64,000 nucleotides of DNA from a virus (Duplodnaviria; Heunggongvirae; Uroviricota; Caudoviricetes): the IMG/VR virus record IMGVR_UViG_3300007734_000754, positions 1-64,000 of that record. One strand, 5' to 3'. This document shows positions 28,761 through 37,495 of the stretch, piece after piece. Position 1 is the first letter of the stretch. Each line of letters opens with the position of its first letter. The translations under genes and the position numbers were made by a program. Below the pieces are notes generated by a model. That model had not been told where the DNA came from, made no database searches, and saw only the letters and a program-made list of their open reading frames with translations.

Positions 28761-28984
28761 GTGATCAACCAGTAATGCATAGAGCATCATTTGAATTTTA
28801 CCAGGAAGGTAATACAGATGGAACAACAGACGAGACAGAGGAGTTAAAAATTGAATGTATGGGTATAGGAGATCTTACAGAAGGATGTTACTATGTCTTG
28901 AGAACACAAACAGGATGGTCAATAGATAGTCCAGAAGAACTAAAACAATTGGTTGAAAGAGTAGATAAAATGATGAAGTTATGA
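28757..28984 (+). CDS. hypothetical acidic protein (internal ATG giving ATGA overlap)
   Basis: Track ORF 28712..28984 trimmed. Confidence 0.35.
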   Translation: MSDQPVMHRASFEFYQEGNTDGTTDETEELKIECMGIGDLTEGCYYVLRTQTGWSIDSPEELKQLVERVDKMMKL

Positions 28985-29379
28985 TAATTGAAAATCATGA
29001 ATATATCTTAGATGACACCAAACGAGTAAATGTTGTTTGGAAGAAATACGATAAAGCTAATATTTTAGAAGTTGGTATCGAATACCCAACAGCAATAGTT
29101 GATATTGAAAGATTAACAGGTGTACCATTAAACGAAGAAGAACTTATCAATTTAGGTTTTGAGATTGTAAGATTTAGAGAACCTAAAATGCATGTCGGAA
29201 TAGATAGATTTTGGAAATTAGATTATGCTGTTATGCAAATTAACAAAGGCTCAGGACGTACAGATACCTTTTGTCTCAGATTTAATGATAAAAAGGTTGT
29301 TTTAGATAACTTTTACGGTGTTAGATTTGAATACGTTCATGAAATTAAACTATTATTAACTCTTATAAATAAGGTATGA
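28981..29379 (+). CDS. hypothetical protein
   Basis: ATGA overlap. Confidence 0.4.
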   Translation: MIIENHEYILDDTKRVNVVWKKYDKANILEVGIEYPTAIVDIERLTGVPLNEEELINLGFEIVRFREPKMHVGIDRFWKLDYAVMQINKGSGRTDTFCLRFNDKKVVLDNFYGVRFEYVHEIKLLLTLINKV

Positions 29380-29493
29380 TGATTATTATTTGGTTGATAC
29401 TTTTACTAGGAGTAACAAGACATATAGGCTTAAGAGGAGGAAGACAAATTCCAATGCCTCCAAAAAACAAACCTAAAAACAAAAAGGTATGAA
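29377..29493 (+). CDS. 38-aa membrane peptide, translationally coupled on both sides (absent from track)
   Basis: MMIIIWLILLLGVTRHIGLRGGRQIPMPPKNKPKNKKV. ATGA overlaps at both ends. Confidence 0.3.
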
Positions 29494-29869
29494 GCTAGCA
29501 GTAATAGCACACGATGGTAAGAAAGCAGACATGGTAGCTTTCATAATGAAAAGACTTGAGTTTTTTAGTAGAGTAGATATAATTGCTACAGGTACTACAG
29601 GAAGACATATTGAACATGCAGGACTACAAGTTCAATGTTTAAAATCAGGACCATTAGGAGGAGATGCACAAATTGCTTCTATGATAGCAGATGGGCAAGT
29701 TGATGGTGTTATATTTTTTATTGACCCACTAGATGTTCACCCACACCAGGTGGATGTAAATATGCTATTGAGAATTTGTAATGTATACAATATTCCATTG
29801 GCTACCAATTATAAGACAGCAGTTTATGTTATAAATGGATTACAAACAAAATTGAATAAAAAGATATGA
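29489..29869 (+). CDS. mgsA: methylglyoxal synthase (MgsA)-like protein
   Basis: IAHDGKK, ATGTTG, SGPLGGDAQIASMIADGQVDGVIFFIDPL..HPHQVDVNMLLRICNVYNIPLATN align along the whole MgsA fold, including the catalytic Asp (AHD) and His-rich region. Confidence 0.6.
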   Translation: MKLAVIAHDGKKADMVAFIMKRLEFFSRVDIIATGTTGRHIEHAGLQVQCLKSGPLGGDAQIASMIADGQVDGVIFFIDPLDVHPHQVDVNMLLRICNVYNIPLATNYKTAVYVINGLQTKLNKKI

Positions 29870-30126
29870 CCGTAAGAGAACTAATACAAAGTCTAAGTAA
29901 GATAGAAGACCAAGACATAAGAGTAATGGTAAGAGGCTATGAAGGAGGAGTAGATGATATAGTAATAGGAAATGGTATAGATAATAATACTATAGTAATT
30001 CCAGCAATACAGTATGTAGCCTTAGATGTAAATACGGAATGGTATTACGGTACACATGAAATAGTATATAATATGTACGGGGGTATTAATAGCAATTACC
30101 ATATAGTAAAAGCAATAGTTCTATAG
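29866..30126 (+). CDS. hypothetical protein
   Basis: ATGA overlap. Confidence 0.4.
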   Translation: MTVRELIQSLSKIEDQDIRVMVRGYEGGVDDIVIGNGIDNNTIVIPAIQYVALDVNTEWYYGTHEIVYNMYGGINSNYHIVKAIVL

Positions 30127-30660
30127 GCTAGATACCCGTTTGTAACCCGTTCCGATACCCAATTCGTTACCCATTCCATACCCGTTTCTGTCCCCGTTTT
30201 ATACCCGTTTATACATACGTACGTACCTGGAGAGATACATGGAGAGACATAGAGAGAACTACTGAGAAACATAGTAAAAGGTTAATGACTTTGGCTAAAC
30301 ATAAAGAGTAGTAAAGACCTAGGAAGAGTATAAAGACATATAGTACTTGGTATGAAAAGGTACTGTATATGATATACGATGTGTAGTAAAAGGAATAGGC
30401 TAGGGTAGAATTAGTATAGGAAAAATGAGGGGGATGTGCCTCCCTAATAACTTTTCTCTATAATAGGGGTTGTCTATGACTCTATAGACCCGTTCTAGCT
30501 ACCCATTTGTAACCCGTCCCTATAGACGACAGGGAGAGAGTGTAAGGAGAAACCCGGTTTTGGTACCCATTTGTAACCCGTTGATAGACCCGTTCTAGTG
30601 ACCCGTCCGGCTACCCGTTAGAGACCCGTTCTGTAACCCGGGAAAAAACCCAAAAAAGAG
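30127..30660. repeat. noncoding iteron region: about 18 ACCCGTT-like motifs in two clusters phased at about 11 bp, flanking a purine-rich spacer
   Basis: Motif positions: 30134, 30146, 30158, 30170, 30180, 30192, 30203 and 30487, 30501, 30512, 30552, 30566, 30577, 30588, 30601, 30612, 30623, 30634. No ORF longer than 60 aa. Confidence 0.6.
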
Positions 30661-30709
30661 TTGCTAGACTGAAATAAAGTTCTTATCTTTAGGTATCAAT
30701 AAGAAAGAT

Positions 30710-30925
30710 ATGGAAAAACTGATAGAATTAAACGAGGTAGTTGGAAAGGATTGTTCCTGTAATGGATCCCCTACCCTAAGAGCTAAACTGGTTAGTGTGG
30801 GTGAGGAATGGTGTATCCTAGAAATCACTCCAAGGGTATACTCCAGGGATGAATCCAAGGACGTATTTATTGGTAACAGAGTTAGGGTTAGTACATCCTA
30901 TGCCTATAACCTTTATTATGCCTAA
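30710..30925 (+). CDS. hypothetical protein
   Basis: Canonical cassette promoter upstream. Confidence 0.4.
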   Translation: MEKLIELNEVVGKDCSCNGSPTLRAKLVSVGEEWCILEITPRVYSRDESKDVFIGNRVRVSTSYAYNLYYA

Positions 30926-30926
30926 T

Positions 30927-31070
30927 ATGAAAACAATCCAGGTCACTCTCCAGGAGAGGTGGGCAGCCTCCAGGCACAAGGTCCACAAGTCAAAAAAATC
31001 CTACACCAGGAAAAACAAGCACAAAGAAAAAGGGCCCTCCAGGCCCTCTCTTTTTTTCAAAAAAATTTGA
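30927..31070 (+). CDS. possible 47-aa highly basic peptide; alternatively noncoding structured RNA
   Basis: Lys/Arg/His-rich translation. The region is unusually GC-rich with three CTCCAGG repeats and contains the bidirectional terminator. Confidence 0.2.
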   Translation: MKTIQVTLQERWAASRHKVHKSKKSYTRKNKHKEKGPSRPSLFFKKI

Positions 31071-31135
31071 GTATAAGGTACCGGCCCGTCTACTCTTCCG
31101 ACTCTCTTTCAAAGCCAGGCCCCTTATATATCTCC
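31025..31135 (-). ncRNA. candidate small RNA 1 (about 110 nt), minus strand
   Basis: Minus-strand canonical promoter (AGTTGCC, about 20 nt, CGTATCTTTAGGTAC; plus-strand coordinates 31144..31190) points left. Transcript ends at the bidirectional terminator. No ORF. Confidence 0.45.
31032..31060. terminator. bidirectional intrinsic terminator (GGGCC-CTCCA-GGCCC) with A-run upstream and T-run downstream
   Basis: Perfect 5-bp GC stem flanked by A5 on the left and T7 on the right. Confidence 0.6.
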
Positions 31136-31223
31136 CTCTAACGTACCTAAAGATACGAACTATTCTCCATATAGGCAACTTTTTTACAAACTTTTTTTAT
31201 TTTTTTTTTAGACAGCAGAACAT

Positions 31224-31280
31224 GGTGTACCGGACCGTCTACTCTTCCGACAGTATTGCAGTGCCAGGCCCCCTATCTCT
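31224..31280 (-). ncRNA. candidate small RNA 2, minus strand, paralog of sRNA 1
   Basis: Second copy of the GTACCGGnCCGTCTACTCTTCCGAC...GCCAGGCCCC unit with its own minus-strand promoter (TTTG, then CGTATCTTTAGGTA at 31288..31301). 3' end undefined; may read through into sRNA 1. Confidence 0.35.
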
Positions 31281-31433
31281 TTGATAGTACCTAAAGATAC
31301 GGAGAATAATTCATACTACAAACTTTTTTAGTAACTTTTTTTTAATTTATAATGAGTATAAATAACGAAATAAAGTTGGAGCCTATTATCTTATTTCCTA
31401 TCTTTAGGTATCAATAATTAAAACATAGAAAAT

Positions 31434-31829
31434 ATGATCAACACAATTCAAAGTTTAAACGTAGTAAATATGATTGGAGATAGAAAAGGTATCTTCCAGG
31501 CCATTACAAAAGTACCAGCAGGCTTTATGTCAGCATATGAGATAGGATCTGAATTACCTTCTCTTAATAGATGGAAGAAAGGAGCTCTTCAAACAATTCA
31601 ATTCCAGCCTGAAGGATCTAATGCATGGCTTACAGTATTTGCTAGAAAAGGTACTAAGGTACTTATAATGGATCTTCAGATAGCTGAGCAATTGGAAGTA
31701 GGAACAGTTAATCAATTGTTTTCTAATACAAATCTTTATGATCAGAATCAATATCAATCAATGAAAGCTAAAACATGGGCTGATAAAGTTTTTGTTATTA
31801 ATAAACATAACTTAGAAAAAAGTTGCTAG
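31434..31829 (+). CDS. hypothetical protein (cassette gene)
   Basis: Promoter + leader + ORF + agttgctagttc terminator. Confidence 0.45.
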   Translation: MINTIQSLNVVNMIGDRKGIFQAITKVPAGFMSAYEIGSELPSLNRWKKGALQTIQFQPEGSNAWLTVFARKGTKVLIMDLQIAEQLEVGTVNQLFSNTNLYDQNQYQSMKAKTWADKVFVINKHNLEKSC

Positions 31830-31881
31830 TTCCCTTTCTTTTACTTATCTTTAGGTATTAATAATTAAAACATCAATAAAA

Positions 31882-32058
31882 ATGAAACATCCAAATTATC
31901 CAAAAGCAACAAATCAGTATTTAGGTAGTACAACTACTAAACCTTTAAATCAATCTTCCAAAGAAGCTCTAGATCAAAATCTATTAGAATTTAGAATTAG
32001 GTTAAATGGAATTATTGCTAGAAAAGAAAAGGAAAAATTAGAGAAAAAAAGTTGGTAA
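31882..32058 (+). CDS. 58-aa small protein (absent from track)
   Basis: ATG at canonical distance from the cassette promoter at 31845. Terminator gttgcctcttcggaggcaa follows. Confidence 0.35.
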   Translation: MKHPNYPKATNQYLGSTTTKPLNQSSKEALDQNLLEFRIRLNGIIARKEKEKLEKKSW

Positions 32059-32131
32059 AAAAGTTGCCTCTTCGGAGGCAATTTCTTATCTTTAGGTATC
32101 AAAATAAATTAATAACTAAAAACTTAAAATT

Positions 32132-32416
32132 ATGTCTAGATTAGAATTGATTGCTCAAGTAAAAAGTTTAAATGTTCAAACTGCAAAACCAGCTCACATG
32201 ATGAAGACTGAAGATCTTCAAGCATTAGTTGAGAAGTACATTAAGGGTGCAGAGGTAAAAGAGATTACAATGAAATCCAGAATCTTAGAATTTTCTAAGG
32301 AAGGAAAAACTACAAAAGAAATTAAAGTACTTTTGGAGGAAGAAGGTTGGGCTTCAAAAATGAAGTGTGGAAAAATCCGTCCAATCTACATCAATTTAGT
32401 TGTAAAAAATAACTAA
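32132..32416 (+). CDS. hypothetical protein (cassette gene)
   Basis: Own promoter and terminator. Confidence 0.45.
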   Translation: MSRLELIAQVKSLNVQTAKPAHMMKTEDLQALVEKYIKGAEVKEITMKSRILEFSKEGKTTKEIKVLLEEEGWASKMKCGKIRPIYINLVVKNN

Positions 32417-32491
32417 AAAAAGTTAGGAGATTAGTTGCTAGTCTCCTTTCTTTTACTTATCTTTAGGTATTAGTAATCAAAATATATAATC

Positions 32492-32749
32492 ATGCAAAAA
32501 GGAACAGTTACAGGAGAAGTAAAAAGAATCTTAAAAGATTTAGGGGTTCATTATGATGCTGTATTCTCTGACAAATATGGAGAGGATAGAGTAGGAGCTA
32601 AATTTTGTCAAGTTTATTTAACTGACGAACAAAGACAAGTTGTAAAAGAAAAAATGGAACAACAAGGATTTACATTTCACTTTATTAAAGAAAATGTAAA
32701 TAGTTATTCTTTTTGGAATGGAACAAGGTTTTGTTTTAGTAAAAATTAA
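32492..32749 (+). CDS. hypothetical protein (cassette gene)
   Basis: Own promoter and terminator. Confidence 0.45.
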   Translation: MQKGTVTGEVKRILKDLGVHYDAVFSDKYGEDRVGAKFCQVYLTDEQRQVVKEKMEQQGFTFHFIKENVNSYSFWNGTRFCFSKN

Positions 32750-32830
32750 TTAAAAATAAATGAAGAAAGAGTTGCTAGTTCAATTCTTTCTTCGTATATT
32801 TAGGTATTAATAATTAAAACATATACTATT

Positions 32831-33088
32831 ATGATCGTAGAAAATCTTTTAAAGGAAACTTCAAACAAAAAAATCTTCTCTGTAACTTTTATTAAAAAGG
32901 ATGGAAGTCTTAGAAAAATGAATGCTATGAGAGGGGTTAGAAAAGGAGTAAAGGGAGTTGGACATTCTTTTGATCCATCTGAGAAAAATTTATTAACTGT
33001 ATATGATATGCAGAAATTAGATTTCAGATTTGTTAATCTAAATGAAATTATTTCGTTTAAAGCTAACAGAAAAAGTTTCAAAAAATAA
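32831..33088 (+). CDS. hypothetical basic protein (cassette gene)
   Basis: Own promoter and terminator. Confidence 0.45.
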   Translation: MIVENLLKETSNKKIFSVTFIKKDGSLRKMNAMRGVRKGVKGVGHSFDPSEKNLLTVYDMQKLDFRFVNLNEIISFKANRKSFKK

Positions 33089-33098
33089 TTGTTAAAAA

Positions 33099-33140
33099 AG
33101 TTGGTACCTGAAGATATATTTCGTATCTTTAGGTATCAAT
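33099..33140 (+). promoter_or_regulatory. representative cassette promoter
   Basis: aaGTTGGtacc, 20 nt, TTCGTATCTTTAGGTATC. ATG at 33160. Confidence 0.55.
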
Positions 33141-33159
33141 AATTAAAACATATAACATT

Positions 33160-33366
33160 ATGAAAAATTCATTACAGTCCTTAGTAGGAAAAGAAGTACA
33201 GATCTACCCAGGAGATTCTCAAAAGAAAAAAGGAATCTTATTAGAGATCTCAGAGCAAGGTTTTTTATTTAAAATTACCTTCTATTCAGGAAATGATAGT
33301 CAGTATGAAGTAGGTAAGTTACATTTTATAAGTAAAAATAATTTACTTTCTTTTAAAGAAATTTAA
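33160..33366 (+). CDS. hypothetical protein (cassette gene)
   Basis: Own promoter. Confidence 0.45.
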   Translation: MKNSLQSLVGKEVQIYPGDSQKKKGILLEISEQGFLFKITFYSGNDSQYEVGKLHFISKNNLLSFKEI

Positions 33367-33432
33367 AAAATAGTTGCTCGTTTAAATTATAGTTCGTATA
33401 TTTAGGTATCAATAATTAAAACAATATAAACT

Positions 33433-33726
33433 ATGGGTTATTCAAGTATGTTATTAGGTAAAGGTTTTAACCAACCTTATCGTTCTGTAAATGAAATTGT
33501 CGAATTTTTAATCGATAATCCATTTCGAACAGAATCTGAAATTCAAGAACAAGTTTTTAGCTATTACAGAACTTCAACTTGGGAATCAAACAAGAAATAT
33601 GCCGACATGTTAAGACGAGGTCTTGACAAAGGTCTGTATAAGAGAATTCTATGGAAAACTAAATCCGATAGTAGAAGTCTATACCGTTATTATGTTCCAA
33701 CTTCTGTTAAAAATAATTTAAAATAA
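33433..33726 (+). CDS. hypothetical protein (cassette gene)
   Basis: Own promoter. Confidence 0.45.
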   Translation: MGYSSMLLGKGFNQPYRSVNEIVEFLIDNPFRTESEIQEQVFSYYRTSTWESNKKYADMLRRGLDKGLYKRILWKTKSDSRSLYRYYVPTSVKNNLK

Positions 33727-33787
33727 AGTTGCTCGTTTAAATTATAATTCGTATATTTAGGTATCAATAATTAAAACATATAAAAAC

Positions 33788-34057
33788 ATGAGTTTATTAT
33801 CTACTGCAAAACAAATTTTAATTGACGGGGCTATTGAATTGTATGAAATGAGAAGATCTGATTTAGATTTAGATGTTCTTTCATATCAAAATCATTATTC
33901 AAATTTAGGAGCTATTATTTTTCAAATCGATAAATATGAATCTCTCGGAGATATCATAAACGATATGGAAAAGGATAATCTTCAGGAATTGGGATATTTC
34001 GGAGGAGATGATTTTTTACTTGATGAATTCTTGAAAAAAGTTAGGGAAAATGTTTAA
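33788..34057 (+). CDS. hypothetical acidic protein (cassette gene)
   Basis: Own promoter. Confidence 0.45.
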   Translation: MSLLSTAKQILIDGAIELYEMRRSDLDLDVLSYQNHYSNLGAIIFQIDKYESLGDIINDMEKDNLQELGYFGGDDFLLDEFLKKVRENV

Positions 34058-34122
34058 AAAAAAGTTGCCTCTTCGGAGGCAATTTCTTATCTTTAGGTAT
34101 CGATAATTAAAACATATAAAAG

Positions 34123-34329
34123 ATGAAAGTATTTTTATACAATGCAAAGACGGGAGAGTCTAAACTTTCCGGAGCAGATCAAAATGGTAAAGTTTATCAA
34201 GGTTATTTAGCCGAAGGATTTGAACCCTTAGCTCTTATTCATGGGTTTAGTGTTACTACTTATCCTTATACCAATGAAATGAATAAGGCTTGGTTTGAAG
34301 AAAAAAGTTGTGATTTTATTAAAAAATAG
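34123..34329 (+). CDS. hypothetical protein (cassette gene)
   Basis: Own promoter. Confidence 0.45.
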   Translation: MKVFLYNAKTGESKLSGADQNGKVYQGYLAEGFEPLALIHGFSVTTYPYTNEMNKAWFEEKSCDFIKK

Positions 34330-34388
34330 TTGCTAGTTTAAATTATAATTCGTATATTTAGGTATTAATAATTAAAACATATAAAATC

Positions 34389-34595
34389 ATGAAAAGTCAA
34401 GCAGTACAATTATTAGAGAATACAAATTATCTAGAAACAGTAATCGAAGAATGTAAAGGACAAGAGTCAGAAGAGCAGTTATATACTATCTTTGAGTATC
34501 TAAATGATCTAGACAATTATCAATTAGGAAATTCCTATTCAGCATTGATGAAGCATGCAAAGACAGTTCAAAATTATATTAAAAAGAATTGTTAA
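34389..34595 (+). CDS. hypothetical protein (cassette gene)
   Basis: Own promoter. Confidence 0.45.
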   Translation: MKSQAVQLLENTNYLETVIEECKGQESEEQLYTIFEYLNDLDNYQLGNSYSALMKHAKTVQNYIKKNC

Positions 34596-34659
34596 AAAAG
34601 TTGGTACCTAAGTATAAAGTTCGTATATTTAGGTATCAATAATTAAAACATATAAAATC

Positions 34660-34956
34660 ATGGCTAAAAAAACTTATCAGGACACGGACGGAACGTCATT
34701 TAACGGAGTAACAATTCGAGCAACAGTTGAGCAATTAACAAATGCTTTTGGAGATCCAACTATGGATTCAAATTGGGGAGATGATAAAGTGAATTTCGAA
34801 TGGGAGATGGAAACTGATGAAGGGGAAGTATTTACAATTTACGATTGGAAGGAAGGTCGTCCTTTGAGATTGGATGAATACATTACATGGCATATTGGGG
34901 CAAGGAGTAAATCTGTTGCAAATGATGCTGAGAGAGAAATATTGAAAAAACTTTAA
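34660..34956 (+). CDS. hypothetical protein (cassette gene)
   Basis: Own promoter. Terminator ggccc-ttcg-gggcc follows. Confidence 0.45.
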   Translation: MAKKTYQDTDGTSFNGVTIRATVEQLTNAFGDPTMDSNWGDDKVNFEWEMETDEGEVFTIYDWKEGRPLRLDEYITWHIGARSKSVANDAEREILKKL

Positions 34957-35023
34957 AAAAGGGTTGGCCCTTCGGGGCCTTTTTCTTATCTTTAGGTATC
35001 AATAATTAAAAACAGCAAATAAT

Positions 35024-35167
35024 ATGAAACGTAATTTCACACCAAAAAGAATTTTCAGAGATCATTTTATTATGATACATTCATTCAAAATATTAGGAGT
35101 TTATATTCCTTTATTGATTACTTATTTTAACTTTGGTAAGCGTTACTATTTTAACTTAAAAAAATAA
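35024..35167 (+). CDS. 47-aa small protein (absent from track)
   Basis: ATG at canonical distance from the cassette promoter at 34985. Confidence 0.3.
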   Translation: MKRNFTPKRIFRDHFIMIHSFKILGVYIPLLITYFNFGKRYYFNLKK

Positions 35168-35172
35168 TGTTA

Positions 35173-35298
35173 TGGAAAATCAAGAAAGATTTTACGAGTG
35201 GATGTTAGCGATGGGGAATATTCATTTGGCTAGTAATGAAAAAATGGCTAAAGCATATGAAGCAATTGCTAAGAGTGATGCTAAAATAAATAAAAAAT
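35173..35298 (+). CDS. 41-aa small protein (absent from track)
   Basis: Second short ORF in the same transcription unit. Confidence 0.25.
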
Positions 35299-35371
35299 AA
35301 TTGTTAAAATAGTTGCTAGTTTAAATTAATGTTCGTATATTTAGGTATCAATAATTAAAACATATAACATT

Positions 35372-36154
35372 ATGACAAGATTAAATTTATTAGAGGATCA
35401 AAAAGCAATCCTTACAGCTCAAAAAGAAGTATTAGAAAACAAAAGAGGAGACATCTATGTAAGAGAGCAAAAAGCAATCTCAGATGCTTTGCTTCCTTTC
35501 TTCTCAGATTTTCCTAAAGAAGTAGAAGTTGAAGTAGTAAGAGGGTCTGTTTACTTTAAAATGGATCATCCAGAAGTAAAGTACAAGAAAGAATTATTCA
35601 ATCTTTATTTAAGAGAGGATTATGATTTCGAGAATAGTAAGAAGTCTTATAAGGGAGTTGATTTATCTTACTATACAACTTCAACAAGAGGAGTTGATGA
35701 GTGGGAGTTAAGAAGATTAAGAATGCTAGGAGATTTAGCAGATATTGTTTTGAAAGAACAAGACAATATAGTTGATGCTGCAAATAATGCTGTTGAATCT
35801 TTCAAAGCAGAATATGCTGAGGTGTATAAGGAAATGCAAGAAATTGGAAGTGAGATTAGAGGAGTTGATCAATTGATTGCTTTCTTAGAAAAAGAAAAAA
35901 TTGAATGGGATTTGAAAGATGAAGGAGTAGAGTTTAATACAGGAATGGGTATTCAATTAAAGTATAATTATACTCCAGTTGTAGTATGGGTTAAATTAAC
36001 TGATGTTTCTAAATCAGGAAAGAAAGGTACTGCAGTCTTTAAATGGGCTCATGGAGGAAGTGAATCTAGAGAAGAAAATATAAATGTTAGTTCCATAATT
36101 GATCAAGTTCATGGAAGACGTAAAAGCATTATTCAGCAAACTTTAGCTGAATAG
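35372..36154 (+). CDS. hypothetical protein (largest cassette gene, 260 aa)
   Basis: Own promoter. Terminator gggctcc-gttata-ggggcc follows. Confidence 0.45.
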   Translation: MTRLNLLEDQKAILTAQKEVLENKRGDIYVREQKAISDALLPFFSDFPKEVEVEVVRGSVYFKMDHPEVKYKKELFNLYLREDYDFENSKKSYKGVDLSYYTTSTRGVDEWELRRLRMLGDLADIVLKEQDNIVDAANNAVESFKAEYAEVYKEMQEIGSEIRGVDQLIAFLEKEKIEWDLKDEGVEFNTGMGIQLKYNYTPVVVWVKLTDVSKSGKKGTAVFKWAHGGSESREENINVSSIIDQVHGRRKSIIQQTLAE

Positions 36155-36284
36155 TTTTTAATTATTGATCGAAGAAAGGGCTCCGTTATAGGGGCCTTTT
36201 TGGGTTAAAATAGTTTGTAAAATAGTTGCTAGTTACAATCTTTATTCGTATATTTAGGTATCAATAATTAAAACATATAACATT

Positions 36285-36470
36285 ATGCAAATAGAAGATT
36301 TAAGAGGACAAGAGTTTATTCATTTCAAAGATGATTCAATTATCTACATTGTAGGTAAAAGTAAAGATGGTAGATGTATTATTCATTGGAAGGGTGAAGC
36401 AGATACAGCCGTCTATAGAGATGAGCAAGTAGTTGATTTTTTCGAAAGAGAAATTTGGATCCTATACTAG
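36285..36470 (+). CDS. hypothetical protein (cassette gene)
   Basis: Own promoter. Confidence 0.4.
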   Translation: MQIEDLRGQEFIHFKDDSIIYIVGKSKDGRCIIHWKGEADTAVYRDEQVVDFFEREIWILY

Positions 36471-36564
36471 CCTCAGAAACATTGCTAAAAATAGTTAATA
36501 AAAAAGTTGCTAGTTACAAAGTTAGTTCGTATATTTAGGTATCAATAATTAAAACATATAAAAA

Positions 36565-36810
36565 ATGAAAAATTTAGTAGAAGTTAATTTAAGGGATGTT
36601 AAAGAAGAAGTTACTTATTTAGTTCATGTAAGTGAATATGAACGATATGGAGATAATGAAACTTATTTGTTAAAAGGAAATGGAAAGGAAGTTTTAGAGT
36701 ATATAAAGGATAGGGTTGGATTTGATGATGATGAAGATGAAGATTTATTTACTTGGTTTGATGAGAGTAATGGGGATGGGGATGATTTAATTAGTATTTT
36801 TGAAGTGTAA
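36565..36810 (+). CDS. small highly acidic protein (DNA-mimic candidate)
   Basis: C-terminal half is FDDDEDEDLFTWFDESNGDGDDL. Confidence 0.4.
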   Translation: MKNLVEVNLRDVKEEVTYLVHVSEYERYGDNETYLLKGNGKEVLEYIKDRVGFDDDEDEDLFTWFDESNGDGDDLISIFEV

Positions 36811-36896
36811 AATTAATTAAAAAAAGATTGGGAATTAGTTGTTAGTTCCCTTTCTTTTTACTATCTTTAGGTATCAATAATTAAAACATATACATC

Positions 36897-37193
36897 ATGT
36901 CAAAAGAAAAAACATTTATTATCGAATCAGCTAGATCAGGAGGATTTATGTCTTCAAGACCAACAAGGTATTCTTATGCAGAAGGTACTCTAGAATATCT
37001 TATAGGGTATCATAGTTATACTTTAGAGTGTGGTGCTTCATGGCAGCATGAAAGAGGGAATAAGAAGGTAAATTGTAATCCAAAGACAGCAGCAGGCTTA
37101 GTTAAGAGCTTAAACATTGCTACAAACAACTCTGCTGCTAATGGATATTCAGGAACTTCCTATCAATTAGTTACAGAAAAAAGATCAGAATAA
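36897..37193 (+). CDS. hypothetical protein (cassette gene)
   Basis: Own promoter. Confidence 0.45.
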   Translation: MSKEKTFIIESARSGGFMSSRPTRYSYAEGTLEYLIGYHSYTLECGASWQHERGNKKVNCNPKTAAGLVKSLNIATNNSAANGYSGTSYQLVTEKRSE

Positions 37194-37256
37194 AGTTGCT
37201 CAATTGAATTAAATTTCTTATCTTTAGGTATCAATAATTAAAAATAGTAAATCATT

Positions 37257-37403
37257 ATGAAAAAATTATCACTACAACAAACAGCAAACATCCTTAAAGT
37301 AGTAGTAATTATTGCTTGGATAGTATTAATGAACTCTTTAACTTCATGTGGATCAGCTTGTAGCAGAACACATCGTTATTGGAACACACATAGATGTGTA
37401 TAA
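37257..37403 (+). CDS. 48-aa membrane-anchored Cys-containing peptide (absent from track)
   Basis: MKKLSLQQTANILKVVVIIAWIVLMNSLTSCGSACSRTHRYWNTHRCV. Canonical promoter at 37215. Confidence 0.3.
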   Translation: MKKLSLQQTANILKVVVIIAWIVLMNSLTSCGSACSRTHRYWNTHRCV

Positions 37404-37495
37404 AAAAAAGTTTAAAAAAAAGTTGCTAGTTACAATTATAGTTCGTATATTTAGGTATCAAAATTAATTAATCAATAATTAAAAACAAAAAAATC

